Notes: a model not told the origin generated them from the sequence alone. DNA of 64,000 bases from Yuukianura sp. NJ FZ-2021 (GCA_046563655.1 CM102289.1:9734001-9798000); one strand, 5' to 3'. Positions 13,505 to 26,061 are shown, counted from the stretch's first letter. Translations and numbers: made by a program.

Positions 13505-14200
13505 GTTTCTATTACGTTCCTCTTCTCAGCCAGCACCACAATGGGTTAATTCGTAAATTGAGCTTACAATTTGTTCAATTAGTACTGCAATTGGGAGACT
13601 ACAAACCAAGTTTTCCTGCAGAAGATCGTCTTCCGTTCTCCGCTCCGTCTTCCGTCTCGTCCAACATCTATGAAGAAATCTGCAAATATAATCAGTGCTA
13701 TTTTTCCTTTCGGCTGGCAAGACAAGTTGTCCTTGATCCTTGTCAATCAAACTAAAAAAATACTCTGGTCTCACTCCATTTGATGAAATGTTTTCAAAAA
13801 AATAAACAAAATCAAAAAGTTGTTTCCAAGTGACCTCGGTTGGAGGTCGCACGAAGTTCCTCTTGTACCCACAATTGTAAAGTAAACTATTTACTCTAAT
13901 TTGGCGAAACTTAGAAATACAATTTAAGATTACGATGGACAGATTCACTTATACGCAATTTCCCATAAGACTTCAGGTACATCTCCTTTATGATTGGTTA
14001 GGCGCTCAAAAAACTACGACCACACTTTTCGCATTAGCATACGCTGCTCCACAGCTTGAGCATAACCTATCGGGCGTAGTTGTAAATTCTCAATTCTCAG
14101 TCGTTGCCATGTCCACAAAACATTCTTTGGCGTTATTTTTATTGACCTCCTGTCTCTCCTTAAAGTGACAAAAATTGCACAACTTGGTGGCGGACTTTTC
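13505..14200 (-). pseudogene. degenerate coding-like region upstream of the 415-aa ORF (140-aa open frame plus an interrupted CxxC...CxxC segment)
   Basis: ORF 13526-13948 is followed by a GTAAGT donor at 13504. Further upstream the same frame reads LCNFCH...TEN*EFTTTPDRLCSSCG with internal stops. Confidence 0.35.
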
Positions 14201-15097
14201 AGAATAATTCAGAAACTGAATGAACTTTCTCCACTTTCCCGCATTTTTCTTCAAAAAGAGTGAAAAAATGAGAAAAATCTCAGATTTTCTGCGCTTTCTT
14301 TTGAATAAAAACTGAATTTGGGAAATGTGGAAAGTTATGCAAAGTGGTTTATGCTTATGGTAGTGATTATTGAAGTCCGAATTAAATTCATGTACTGCTG
14401 TGTTAGGCAGATGAGAATGAGACTTCCTAAGTTTAAATGCATAGAATATGCTTTCACCTCACCTTATTCTTTTGTGGTTTGTGAAATAAGGAGAGTTTAA
14501 GAAACTAATGCAGTGAAAGTGGCATTAGAATAATGCCTTTTCCTTATGGCGGAGAAAGCACTTTTGGGAAATCCCGCTTTTTACACTACCCGGGAAATGA
14601 CAAACGGATTTCTCCAAGGCACAATTCTCCCGCTCTTTCGGCAGGACAAAAGGGCGGCAAAAAACGAATATTTTGGTTTAAGGCGAGCGGTGGTGGGAGA
14701 GATAAAAACTTTTCCCACTGGAGAAAGTACTGGAAGCTCCACCAAAAAATAAATCGAAAGATCTTTGATTTTCCGCGCTTAAACTCATATCTCATCTTCA
14801 AGTTTCGAATTTTTTTCCCAGCGACATTTCCTGATGTTCGGTGCCTCTGGAGTTTTTTTTTCTTTTAGAAAAAGTCCAGACTCTATTCTTTTTTTTTCTT
14901 GATCCCAATTCCCAATTCGATCCGATAAAAACCCGTTTTCTCAATATTGCAAACTTTTTTTTGAAAAAAAAAAAGGAAGGAAAAGTTTTTCAAAGATTTT
15001 ACATCTTTCAGACATTGATACCAAATCCACCGTCGGAGATAACCAAGAAAAATGGAGTGTATTTTCAATGTCCAAAGGAAAATATTGAAATACTTTG

Positions 15098-15195
15098 GAA
15101 ATGCTGGAAGTATCGAACCGAATAAAGAATGCTGGGAGCATCGGACCGAATGAAGAATGCTGGCAGCATCGAAAGGAATGATGAATGCTGGATCT
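15098..15195. repeat. degenerate ~29-bp tandem repeat (AATGCTGG..GCATCG..CCGAAT) x4
   Basis: Four aatgctgg-anchored units downstream of CDK7. Confidence 0.7.
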
Positions 15196-15368
15196 ATCTA
15201 CTAACAAAAAATATACATACAAGTTTAATTTTAAAATTTACAGTATTTTCACGAATACGACGAAATCAGTGCGAAGTTGGAAGTAAGATATTCTAAAACG
15301 TATAACTTATTAACGAACTATTAATTAGTTGAGTTAAGATTAATTAAATGTAACTAGAAATCAAGTTT

Positions 15369-16614
15369 TCAAAATATTAGTTTCTTGACCAAGCCATTTG
15401 GATCTCCGGATTCAATGAGTTTCCGTTTGAGACTAACTTTTTCTTCGGGCACTTTTTTAGCAATGGAGGACGGTAATGGAAGGAGATGGGGCGGAGTAGG
15501 GGCAGGGCTGTTGCTGAAATATGGCATTTGTAGAGCCCCTTTAGCAGTGGCACGATCGTACGGATTCAACTTCAACATTCCTTCCAGAACGTCGATTAAG
15601 TCATCTCCAGCAGCCGTAAAGATAGTGCGGAGAGGAATTCCTGGAGAAGAGTGGAATTCGCAGTAGTCCGACAGTAGAGTGTGGTCTGGCCAGTTTTTAT
15701 TGTTGGGTGATCCAGTCACTTCAAATATCTTGAGAAGTTGGGCCAAATCGGAATCACCCGGAAATATTGGCACTCGAAGCAGGAGTTCACCTAAAGTGCA
15801 TCCAACGGCCCAAATGTCCACTCCAGTCCCATAACTTCTTGCTCCGAAGAGAAGTTCAGGAGCTCTGTACCACCGTGTGACGACTTGATGAGTGTATTGA
15901 CGATTAGGTGAGCCAAAGGCCTTGGCCAATCCGAAGTCCCCGATTTTCAAAATCCCATCGGAGCTAATGAGGAGGTTGTTGGGCTTTATGTCCCGGTGAA
16001 GAATGAAGTTGTCATGGAGATACTCCAGGCCCTGCAGGGTCATGATAGTAAAGGCCTTGATGTTGGCTGGGCTAAGGACTATCGAGGTGTCACGGATGAG
16101 AACTTCTAGATCGGTGTCCATAAAGTCAAAGACGAGGGAGATGTTGGTTCTGTGGCCAATGACGTCTAGGAGACAGAGGATGTTTGGGTGATTCATTTCT
16201 TGCTGTAATTTGATTTCCCGAAGGGCAGTTCGGTTGACCCCATCACGAGACTCTTGTCTACTGCCAAGTTTTATCTGAAATAAGTAACAGCATAAGTTAT
16301 ATTTTCAAGTAAACGTAGAAAAGGAACGTTTTGTCAACGTTCCTACGTTTATGAAACGTATATACACTGTGTAGCATTACCTTTTTGACTGCGACGATTC
16401 CCCGTGTACTGAGATCCATAGCTTTGTATACCGTGGCAAACTGAAAACAAAAACGGACATGGATGATCCAGACATTACGGGTAACGTGAACATGCTGGAA
16501 GCTGGATGTTGGACTTGGAATTTGCCAGTTATTTTTTCATACCTGTCCTTCTCCAAGGAATTCAATTTTTTCATAACGGTGATGTGTAGATGCTCCAAAC
16601 CTTTGCTTCATCAT
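15369..16614 (-). CDS. CDK7: cyclin-dependent kinase 7 (CAK/TFIIH kinase), 3 coding exons: 16614-16543, 16440-16381, 16274-15369
   Basis: Spliced translation gives [19 protein letters not shown]...[27 protein letters not shown], then HRDIKPNN and [33 protein letters not shown]. The NRTALRE helix is diagnostic of CDK7. Introns are GT-AG; the start codon is tentative. Confidence 0.95.
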
Positions 16615-17386
16615 CGTGAAATTCAGAAGCGCAGAGGCAGCAAGGAAACGCTTTTAATCCGGTTGGTTAATTAGAATACAAAAATCAGCACTGTCGAGAT
16701 TGAAGCGATTACTACTCCAACAATTTACTTCAACACAAAGAGAACGAACGAAACGACGGTAAAAAACTCACAGGATTTAAAAACTGAAAAATATTCCCGC
16801 TTTTTACATAACTGGATATCCTTCGTTTAAATTTTATAGACAAAAACAAAAGTTCAGGAATTGAAATATAGTTACATTTAGTTAAAAACAAATGTTATTA
16901 GCTACGTTATAATTTAATTATTACAACGGTATCGTCAATAGTTAATTAGTTGTTGGCTGTAATGAGTTTAATTACTAATTTAATTTTGAAATGCCCAACT
17001 GCGAATATTTCAGCTGAGGAGGTATCGGGTGGATGAGTGAAGTAACTTTTTGTACAACCGAGTTCTTGAATTTACATATTGTAATAAACAAAAAAAAAAC
17101 AATAAATATTTAGTATCACTATTATTCTTTATTCCCACTACTATTTTACAGCCTTTGGTTTAACGTTCATGACCTTTGACCTGGACATGTCATCATCCTC
17201 ATAAATGTTTACTGGAACAGAGACCTTAAACAAGATTTAGCTTCATTTTAAAGTGCAACACTTCGGCCAAAGTAATTAAAAACAACAATTAATTGGGCGG
17301 ATCTTATCTATATTATGCTACTATCTCTTATTATAGATATTGGTGGAATCGATTACATTTGGGAAAGACGGAACAATACGTTCACA

Positions 17387-19436
17387 ATGGAGGGCAATCG
17401 CAACAATCGGGCCAACCTTTCTCATCGATTTGGCAACGTAGAGTTTATCATTGGAGGAGTCGTTAAGAAGGCAATCGTTCGGAGGAGATCGGCACATTCT
17501 TACTCGAAACAACGCAGACGATTGATGAAAAAGCTACGGACAAGTCTTGGATATGGGTAAGGACTAAGACTAAACTGAGTGAGAGATTATCGCTGTCGTT
17601 ACTAATTGAAATCATTTCTGAATGATTTGCAGTGATCAGAAGCTTTACTCATCTCGACACTTTGTAGAAGGATCGAACAAGTATGAAGAGTTCTTCTGCT
17701 ACAACGAATACGAATCGGAAGAGGAAAGCGATGAGGCAGAAGAAGAGGTAGAAGCTGCTGGTACTTCAGGTTCACCGCCAGCGCAAACTAAAAGAGTGAG
17801 CTGCTTTAGGAAACCAGTCAATCAACCATCACTTGTTCTTCAAAACATGTCAATTAATCTGACTGACTTCTGGGTACAACGGCAACTTGGAAACGCAAAT
17901 CAACCGATCAATATCCAGAGTCGAATAGCCGAAACTTCGTTTCAAGGACAGTCGGATTTCGCTTTGAAACATCTCTTGACGAGCGGTATTCTGCAGGAGA
18001 AGCCAATCAAGGTTGAGAATCTAAATAAAGTTTTCTGCTCACAATGGTTGTCAGATCGCCAAGTAATTTTCGGAACGAAGTGCAACAAGGTATGTAATCA
18101 TACTTTTTAACAAAAATTTGAAAACGTAAAAAAACGTTTTTTTTTCTTGCAGTTAATGGTTCTGGATGTCAACACAAAACATTTGATACAAATCCCATCT
18201 CTACCATCGTCTCCGAAAAGCGTACCGCCGGAACAGCAGTGCGGAATTCACACTATACAAATCAATCCATCACGATCCATGCTGGCCACTGGCGGGAAAA
18301 ATGCAAACGACCTTGCAGTTTACAAACTGCCAACATTCGATCCAGTTTGTGTCGGAGAGGAAAGTTTTGATGAAGAATCAACTTCAAAACACAATGTTAA
18401 CGTTGAATTGAATGTTAAATTTTAGATGGCACACAATGACTGGCTTTTTGCATTGGCCTGGCTTGATGACCAGTTTGTCGTCTCGGGCTCCCGTGACACA
18501 ACAGTTGCTTTGTGGAGAATTCCAGAAGTTCCTGACGATGACCAGCCAACTCCGATGTCATTTCGACGTGATTCGCAATTTGTCAATTCCATTGGCGCTT
18601 CAACTTCTGCCGCGTTTCTTGGACCATCACTGGATGAACTAACTATTCCTTCGTACTCTCACATCAATGCAGTTTCAATAAAAACTTGCAAAAGTGCCCT
18701 CAAAGTCCGAGATCTGGTTTTCAATCGCAAATTGCAAGAACTCGCGTGTGTGTCGCTCAACGGATACATTCATATCTGGGCCGGCGACAAATTCGTACAG
18801 GTCAGTTTTCAATTTTACTTAAAAAAACGATGTTGTGTCGTTTCAATTAACGTTTTTTGATTTTTGTAGAAATTTTCCAGAAAGTTGCCGTTTGCACTGG
18901 AAAATGTGTGTATGGCTGTGCACGAGGACTATGGTTTGTATGCTGTCGGGAGTAAGTCACACACGACGCTGCTGGATGCTCGGACGATCCAGTGTATCAA
19001 GAAAATCGCTTCGAAGTACTCGGGATACGGAATTCGCTCCACATCTTTCTTCTCTTCAATGTTAACTATTGGCACTGGACAAGGAACTTTGGTAAGCAAC
19101 TAATCTAAAAAGTATTTTAAAGTTTAAGAACGTTTTTGTGTCGTTTTTCAGCTGATCCAAACTTAAGAACGTTTTTGTGTCGTTTTTCAGCTGATCTATG
19201 ACCTGCGAGCCGGGAAATACTTGGAGTCGAATGTAAATTCAGCTCGAACAGCCACGCTGAAACCAAGTTCCGGCTGGACTTATCCTGACGAAGAAGTGCT
19301 GATGGACGTGTATCGGCAGCGCTACAGTCCAGCAGTGTACACACACTCTGTGGATCCCACGGGAACGAGAATTTTTGCCGCTGGTGGACCGTTGCCCATC
19401 AATCTCTGTGGAAACTACTTAGGAGTTTGGCATTGA
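17387..19436 (+). CDS. DCAF12: DDB1- and CUL4-associated factor 12 (WD40); exons ~17387-17556, 17633-18089, 18153-18359, 18426-18800, 18870-19091, 19191-19436
   Basis: Motifs [70 protein letters not shown] and C-terminal AVYTH...[24 protein letters not shown] match DCAF12. The start is uncertain and intron 3 appears non-canonical. Confidence 0.92.
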
Positions 19437-19899
19437 CCCACTGGACAGTGTCCAGTATGGACACTCCTCACATGACCGTCATGATTTGGTCACTATTGAC
19501 ATGGCGCTTATGGGTTGTGGCCACTATTGACGTTATTCTAATTTCGTCGAATAATTTTATCTTATTAGTAATTCGAAAACAGTTAAAGCTAAAGCAATTA
19601 TGTTGAGAAAGTTAACTTTAACGTTAAGTTATAACGAGATAACGAGATTCGGAGCCGCTTCCGATTTTTTTAAACAAAAGTTATTTAATTAGCGCCACTT
19701 CAGATTTGGCTGTACATTCGTTTCACATTTATATTTAGTTCAATTGTTCAATCGCTTCACCATTTAACTTTACTTCGTGATTTAATAAAGTAAGTTATGA
19801 TTTTTCGATTTTTGGTATTTTTATTTCGCAATTTGTTGAAATTAGGCAACTAAAAGTGTAACAACAGAATTCAATTTTTAGTACTTTTTTAGTAATGTG

Positions 19900-20639
19900 C
19901 AGGCCTGTCAAACATATGTACTTACATACTACATATTTTTTAAATATTCAGGCCCTTGCGACCGAAAAAAATATTTACGTTTTTCGTAAATATTTACGTA
20001 CATATTTTCGCTTTTTCACCACTTTTTTGCGAAAATCACTCGAAAAATGACAGTTTTCGGATTTTTTCGAGAAAAAAACCCTATGTTTGGGTGGCGATCA
20101 GTTTCATCGTTAAATTGGCGGTTTATAGAAAGAAAACTGGTCGAAGTAAACCAGAATTCCGTCCGTTTAAAACTCGGCGTGGCGAAAGTCGCGGTTTACT
20201 TAACCACCTAATTGGTGCACGCAATGAGTGTTTTTTTTCCGAACTATTTTGCGTATATTTAAGTACAGCCTCCTCTACATTTAGTGTAACAATTCAACAG
20301 GAAACCTGAATCTTAAAAAAATATTATCCATATTTAAAGTTCCATGTCGATTTTGTCGTTAGCAAGTGTCTGAGTTTGTATTGACGCAGATAGAGTATGG
20401 GTTCACGGAAGGTTAAAGGTTAAATAGTTATGCTGTCGTGTCCAACTTGTTTTATCCGACAAACACATAAATGTCTAGTAGTTTTACATGCTGAAAACCA
20501 TCAGGCATTTACGGGATTTACATTTTTTGACTGAAAATATCGCATTTCTAGTAAATATGTTCGTCCATATTTCACGGTTTTTGGTACATATTTAAATAAA
20601 TATTTTGGGGGTTTTTAGCACATATTTTTGACAGGCCTG
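19900..20639. mobile_element. non-autonomous hAT-superfamily DNA transposon (MITE), 740 bp
   Basis: Left TIR CAGGCCTGTCAAACATATGT; reverse complement of the right end is CAGGCCTGTCAAAAATATGT. Perfect 8-bp TSD GTAATGTG at 19892-19899 and 20640-20647. No transposase ORF. Confidence 0.9.
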
Positions 20640-20808
20640 GTAATGTGTTATAGGAAACTTTTTATCAAAAGTGGACAAGCAGTTTGCTCACTTCTAAAAG
20701 CGGCAAAGGAGAACTTACGGTGGAGAAAAGTTTAATAATTGTTATATTATAATATATAATAATATATTATAATTATTAATGAAATGTAAAGTAGATTTGC
20801 ATACTTTT

Positions 20809-22917
20809 CTACTCTTTAATTGACTCCTCAGTTGGAGCTGCCTGTTGATGATGATCACCGGAGTCCTTCTTCTTGGAACCAGACACGATGTCGTCAATTC
20901 TCAAGAGGAGAATTGCCGTTTCAATTGCCGTTTTGTAAACTTGCAATTTGACTGTGAGTGGTTCCCAGACCTTGAGTTCCTTCATATCCACAACTTCTCC
21001 AGTCTCTCCGTTGATGCCCCAACTGATGTCTCCTGCTGCATGTTTGGCTCTCAAGGAAGTCAGAGTCCGAATGACATTGGCTCCACAGTTCTGAGCCAAA
21101 GTGCGTGGAATTACTTCAAGTGCTTGGACCACAGCACGGTAAGGCCACTGCTCAACACCCGTCATTGATTTGCTCTTCTCAAGCAAAGCATGAGACACGC
21201 CCATCTCAACGGCACCGCCTCCCGGAACGACGTAAGGCTCAAGATGAATGTTTCGAGCCACACACATTGCATCCTGCAGATTCCGTTCAACCTGAAAATT
21301 GAGTACAACTGATTACAACTTATTCGGCGTATCGGATAAGAATATCTCGGTATCTTAATCTTGGATAAGAGATCTCGATAAAAAAAAGTATCGTGACTTA
21401 CCTCTTTGAGGATATCTCTGGAAGCTCCACGCAGGATAATCGTGCAAGCCTTTGGATCGTCACATTCCTCGATGAAGCAGAAATATTCGTCTCCGAATTT
21501 GCGAATTTCGAACAATCCGCACTTTGTGCCAATGTCTTCCTCCTTGAGCTCATCCGTGCGGCTGACAATTGTTGCCCCAGTGGCTCTTGCTATGCGATTG
21601 TTGTCACTCTTCTTCACACGCCGAATAGCAGTAATTCCAGCCTACACAAAAGTAATTGATTAACTTTATAAGTATATTAGCAAATTAACTGTAGTACTTA
21701 CCTTGACAAGGAAATGCTGGGCAAGATCCGAAACGCCCTTCTCAGTAAAAACGACATCCGGCTTCATCCGAATGATTTCAGCACACAACTTCTGGATAAA
21801 CTCCTCCTCTTGTTCCAGCATCTTCGTAAAATCTTCTTCCTTCATCATCTCCACATTCGTCACACTCTCACCCTTCTTGTACTCCAAGTTACAATCGAGA
21901 AGCATTACTCTCGGTTTTTCAATCCTCCGTCTCATCTTTTGATGAGTGACGTCCTTGTTCAACATAACTCCTCTCAGAACATACGAATCCTCGATCCTCC
22001 CTCCAGGAATCTTCTCAACCTTGGCATACCGCTTGATGTCAATCTCCTTCCGTCCATTTTCATCCAAACTCACAGTTTTGACTGCATCTTCAGCGATTTT
22101 AACAGCGAGATCAGCCCATTTGGAAATGAACTTGGTTCCAATGCAGGCCTTGATGACGTCCTGAACTTGTTCTGGGTTGGTAAGATCTATTGGAGTAGCA
22201 ATTTGATCCCGAAGGACAACAATCATGTCTTCAAGGGCTTGACGGTAGGCTCGAATGATAACTGTCGGATGCATTCCTTGATTCAGAAACGGCTGAGCAG
22301 CTGACAGAATGTCGCCAGCTAAGACAATCACGGATGTCGTCCCGTCGCCGACCTCTTCATCTTGAGTTCGAGCGATTTCAATCAGCGATTTTGCGGCTGG
22401 GTGCTGAACTGTGATTTCACGCAGAATGGCATTCCCATCTAAAAAAAATAACACAAAAGAAAAAAACGTTTGCTTTTCGTTTTGATTTTATCGCAAAAAA
22501 ATCGTATTTGTCAAGTTTAAAACTTACCATTGGTAAGTACGATACCGCCCATTGGATCCATCAGCATCTTCAACATTGCTCGTGGGCCGAGACATGTTCG
22601 GATGACATCGGCAATTGTCTACAACCAAAAATTAAAACTGTAAATTGCTTAGTAATAATTTAGTAAGACATGACATTAATTTTTTCTGACATACCTTGCC
22701 AGCATTGATGTTCTCCACTTGAACTTTCCGTCCAGACTCTCGCTTGATGTTCTGATCTGAAAAGTTTCACAACTATGCTTAAATGTACTTGGCAGTATTA
22801 GGGCGGGGCAAGTTTTTTATGAAATCATGCATTGGCAGTGATGAATCATCATAAATCATAGGAGATAGATTTAGACTTACTTAGAACGATTATTGGGGCT
22901 TGTCTTTGTCCGTACAT
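20809..22917 (-). CDS. CCT3: T-complex protein 1 subunit gamma; exons 22917-22881, 22756-22695, 22618-22528, 22438-21702, 21641-21402, 21291-20809
   Basis: RESGRKVQ, TIADVIRTCLGPRAMLKMLMDPMGGIVLTNDGNAILREI, QDEEVGDGTTSV, EIDIKRYAKVEKIPGG, C-terminal LLRIDDIVSGSKKK. All introns are GT-AG. Confidence 0.97.
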
Positions 22918-23166
22918 ACTGAATGTATCTTGAAAAGGAGCTGCAGATGATAATCCAAGAGTGCTGAAATTAATCAATTACTTCTCTGTTACTATGGATA
23001 CCAAATTAGTTTCACAAAACACGAACAATACACTCAGCAAAACACAAAAAGGACCCGAAGAAATACCAAAATTCGCAAAGCATGTGAAAATCATAAAAAA
23101 AAACTTCCAGAATATGCGGTTTTCCGCCCATGCAAAAATGAATTTGTGAAATCCCGAGTCACCGAC

Positions 23167-23175
23167 AGAGGGCGC
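23167..23175 (+). promoter_or_regulatory. CTCF-like core motif AGAGGGCGC in the CCT3/LRR divergent promoter
   Basis: Motif lies in the ~380-bp head-to-head interval; a similar motif occurs at 31343. Confidence 0.35.
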
Positions 23176-23295
23176 GACAATTCAAAATTTTCAATAGCAG
23201 AGAACGCCATGTACTAATTAATTTAAAAAAACGATTAACGAACGGTTTAATTGTTGATTAATTCCAATTAGTTTTGGATTTCAGAAAACCTTATC

Positions 23296-25074
23296 ATGTC
23301 TTCATGTTTTGTCAACTGGTTCCTGACTAAAAAGCTGGAAGTGACAGTAGACGAAGTTGTTCTGAACAAGAGGTCACATTTGATCCTAAGTGACCATGAC
23401 CTGTCACTCCTCCAGAACCACACCATGGACCAGATTTACCATTCCAAGGTCATTCACCTCCTGCTCTCCAGGAACAGTCTCACAGTGTCCAGTTTCCCCA
23501 GGGACTTTGGGTTCTTTGCCCAGAAACTTGTGACCTTGAGCCTGGCGGGAAACAATTTGAATGACATTCCTCAGAGTTTTAGTCTCCTCAAATCCTTGAG
23601 GGGTCTGAACATTAGTCGGAATCCGCTGACATGTCAGGAACTGCCACTGGTGCTAACAGAACTGAAACAACTGCAGAGTCTCTTTGCCAATTCAGCCAAC
23701 ATCAAGTCCCTTCCAGAAGAAATGTTTCAGTTGAAGGAACTGAAAGTGCTTGGACTGAGACACAATGCAATCGAGGTCATACCGCCAGTACTCTTCTGCT
23801 TACCCAAATTACAGTGGGTAACGATGGCCTATAACCGAATTCGGATAGTTCCGGATGAACTTGCGAATGCCAAGAATTTGGTTCACTTCAACCTCAACTT
23901 CAACCGGGTTTCTGTCATTCCTTCAAATACTTGGAACCAAATGCTGGTGAATTTCTGCAATATCCTAAAAGAAACATAAAAACGCTCCGAAAACTTTTTT
24001 TTTTTTGATATTTTCAGAGCTTGCGTTATCTGTATCTGCGGTCGAATCTGCTGGTGGTGAACGAAGATTGCGTGCGTGCGATGCAGGAACTTCCGAAATT
24101 GCGGAGGATTGACCTATCCCATAACGTTATGCAATTCCACCAAAATCCACCAATCACAGACAAGGTAGATTTTTCAGATTTAGTCTGAGGATTAGTCAGA
24201 TACGGCTAAGCGCATGAGATTCTTTCACGTTTATATTTTTTTTTAGCTAATCGTGACGCGCGAAACACGATTTCGGGAACTTCCGACTGACGACGCTGAA
24301 GTGCAGACAGAAGAAATATGGCGGCGCGAAGGTGGATTGTCGGAGGACAAAAGTGTTTTTCAGTTGACCGAAAAAGCATCAAGTACTTGCCAGCATTCTG
24401 CAAAAGAAGAAATGTCAAAAAATGGTACAAGTAAGAACTTTTTTTTTGAAGTTGTACTGACTCCACCTTTCCAGAAATCCTAAAATACCCGTTTTTTTGT
24501 AGGTACCGCTCCGAGGTCACAGCAGCCTCGGAGACATTCGGAACCGTCAATGGCCTACTCTTCTCCACCGAGGGAAGTGACTCAGAACGGTCGCTGGAAA
24601 ACCGGAAGTTGTCCCCTTGACACAGACCGTCTCTTGTCCAATGAACGCCAAGCTGGAGTCGGATGGACTCGAAGAACAGTCAGAGAACTGAACACGCACG
24701 AGTCTCTCCTCGCCTCAAATTTTGAAATTCCGCTGGAACCCCGTCAAAATTCTGACGCTGGCGGGTATTTTGAAGAAGAATTTGAACTGTCTTCATCTCG
24801 TGACACCTTGGACACTGAAACCGAAACGACCTCAGACTTGACCGATGAGAGCCTAGAAGACGAAGACGGAGATGACTTGGGAGCTGGAGCGGACGAGAGG
24901 GAAAATGAACCAGCAGTTGACATGATCATGGATGCTGAAAACAGTGACTGGGAAGACTCCGTTCCCACGTCAGACTTGGATCTCTGTGACAACGACTCGG
25001 ATCTGTCCGAATTGGAAGATCTGCCATTCGATGAATTGGAGGCAAAATTTACCCTGGTTTCTATTCTTCTTTGA
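23296..25074 (+). CDS. leucine-rich repeat protein with acidic C-terminal tail; exons ~23296-23946, 24018-24164, 24247-~24430, 24503-25074
   Basis: Repeated LxxLxLxxNxL units (LVTLSLAGNNL, LRGLNISRNPL, LKVLGLRHNAI, LRYLYLRSNLL, LRRIDLSHN), phase-compatible GT-AG introns and a D/E-rich last exon. Confidence 0.85.
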
Positions 25075-25239
25075 TCAAAATTTGTTAAATGAAAAAAAAA
25101 ATTAAGAAGAAAACGGATTCCATGACTTAGATTTTCAGCATATTTCGCTAATAAGTTATAATTCCTTATGTTTTTTAAAGCAAAAGAAGTACAAAATTGT
25201 TAGTTTTTTTAAGTATGTCAGTATTTCTTCCTTTTTTTT

Positions 25240-26061
25240 TCAATATTTGGAAACGCTGTACAGAAAAGCAGTGATGAGAACAGCGATTGATGCTTGAGGC
25301 GATGCTGCACCACTTTTTTGAGATCCACTGTCCCCGGCGGCTGCTTTGTCAGTCGACGTGGGCGAAACGACCGAAGAAGTCGGTTCTCCGAATACGACTT
25401 TGCCCGGAAAGTACCCGCGTGTGGTTTCATGATACCCTTCGTCATTAGGCACAGCTTTCTCAGAGTAGGCCCAAAGGACATGCATTCCATTCTACAAGAA
25501 AGTCACATGGATCAGTTGTAGTTAATCGATTAACTAGTTAATTAACTTACCAAGTCAATGACAACGTCCTGCTCTTTATCTCCAGTGTCCAGTGGGCGGA
25601 TGAAAGACATTGTGGACGTATCCGTACCAACATCTCGCATTGCGGATGCCTCCGTGAAACTTTGTTTGGTGTCTTTGACTGGCGCTCCCACGCCTTCACT
25701 CCAGTAGTCCTAAGTATTAAATGTAAGTTTATCAATTGCTTGAGTAATTGCTTAACTTAATTAACTTTAAAATGTGCCTTACCCCAACTTCGAGACTTGT
25801 GTCATTGATCCGAACTGCGATGGCCAAGTCTGCCTTGGTCATGCCTGAGCCTTCATGAGAGAATCCGATAGCGATCCATCCCTTGGCTCCCTTGACATGG
25901 ACGAAGCACTGCAAAGAAGCTTTCCCTTGGGGATCCTTCACCACTGCCCAGTCCAACTTGTAGGCTCCGTCGGCGGCCTCCAGGGATTTCATTGGGGATT
26001 GAGAAGTAATCAGGGTTGCCATGACGATAACCAGCAGCACTGACAACGTTTTCTGAACCAT
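25240..26061 (-). CDS. secreted, probably GPI-anchored single DOMON-domain protein (copy 1); exons 26061-25783, 25709-25551, 25491-25240
   Basis: Signal peptide MVQKTLSVLLVIVMATLITS. DOMON motifs YKLDW, GWIAIGFS..GSGMTKADLAI, DYW, FIRPLDTGD..D, LWAY, YH..RG. S/T linker and hydrophobic C-terminus. Confidence 0.85.

Noticed and set aside
13417..13528. Selenoprotein reading of the two in-frame TGA codons
   Set aside because: No SECIS-like stem recognised, the TGA contexts are not redox motifs, and TAA stops occur further upstream in the same frame.
20200..20423. Nested piggyBac-like element (TTAACC...GGTTAA) inside the hAT MITE
   Set aside because: Terminal similarity does not extend beyond ~6 bp.
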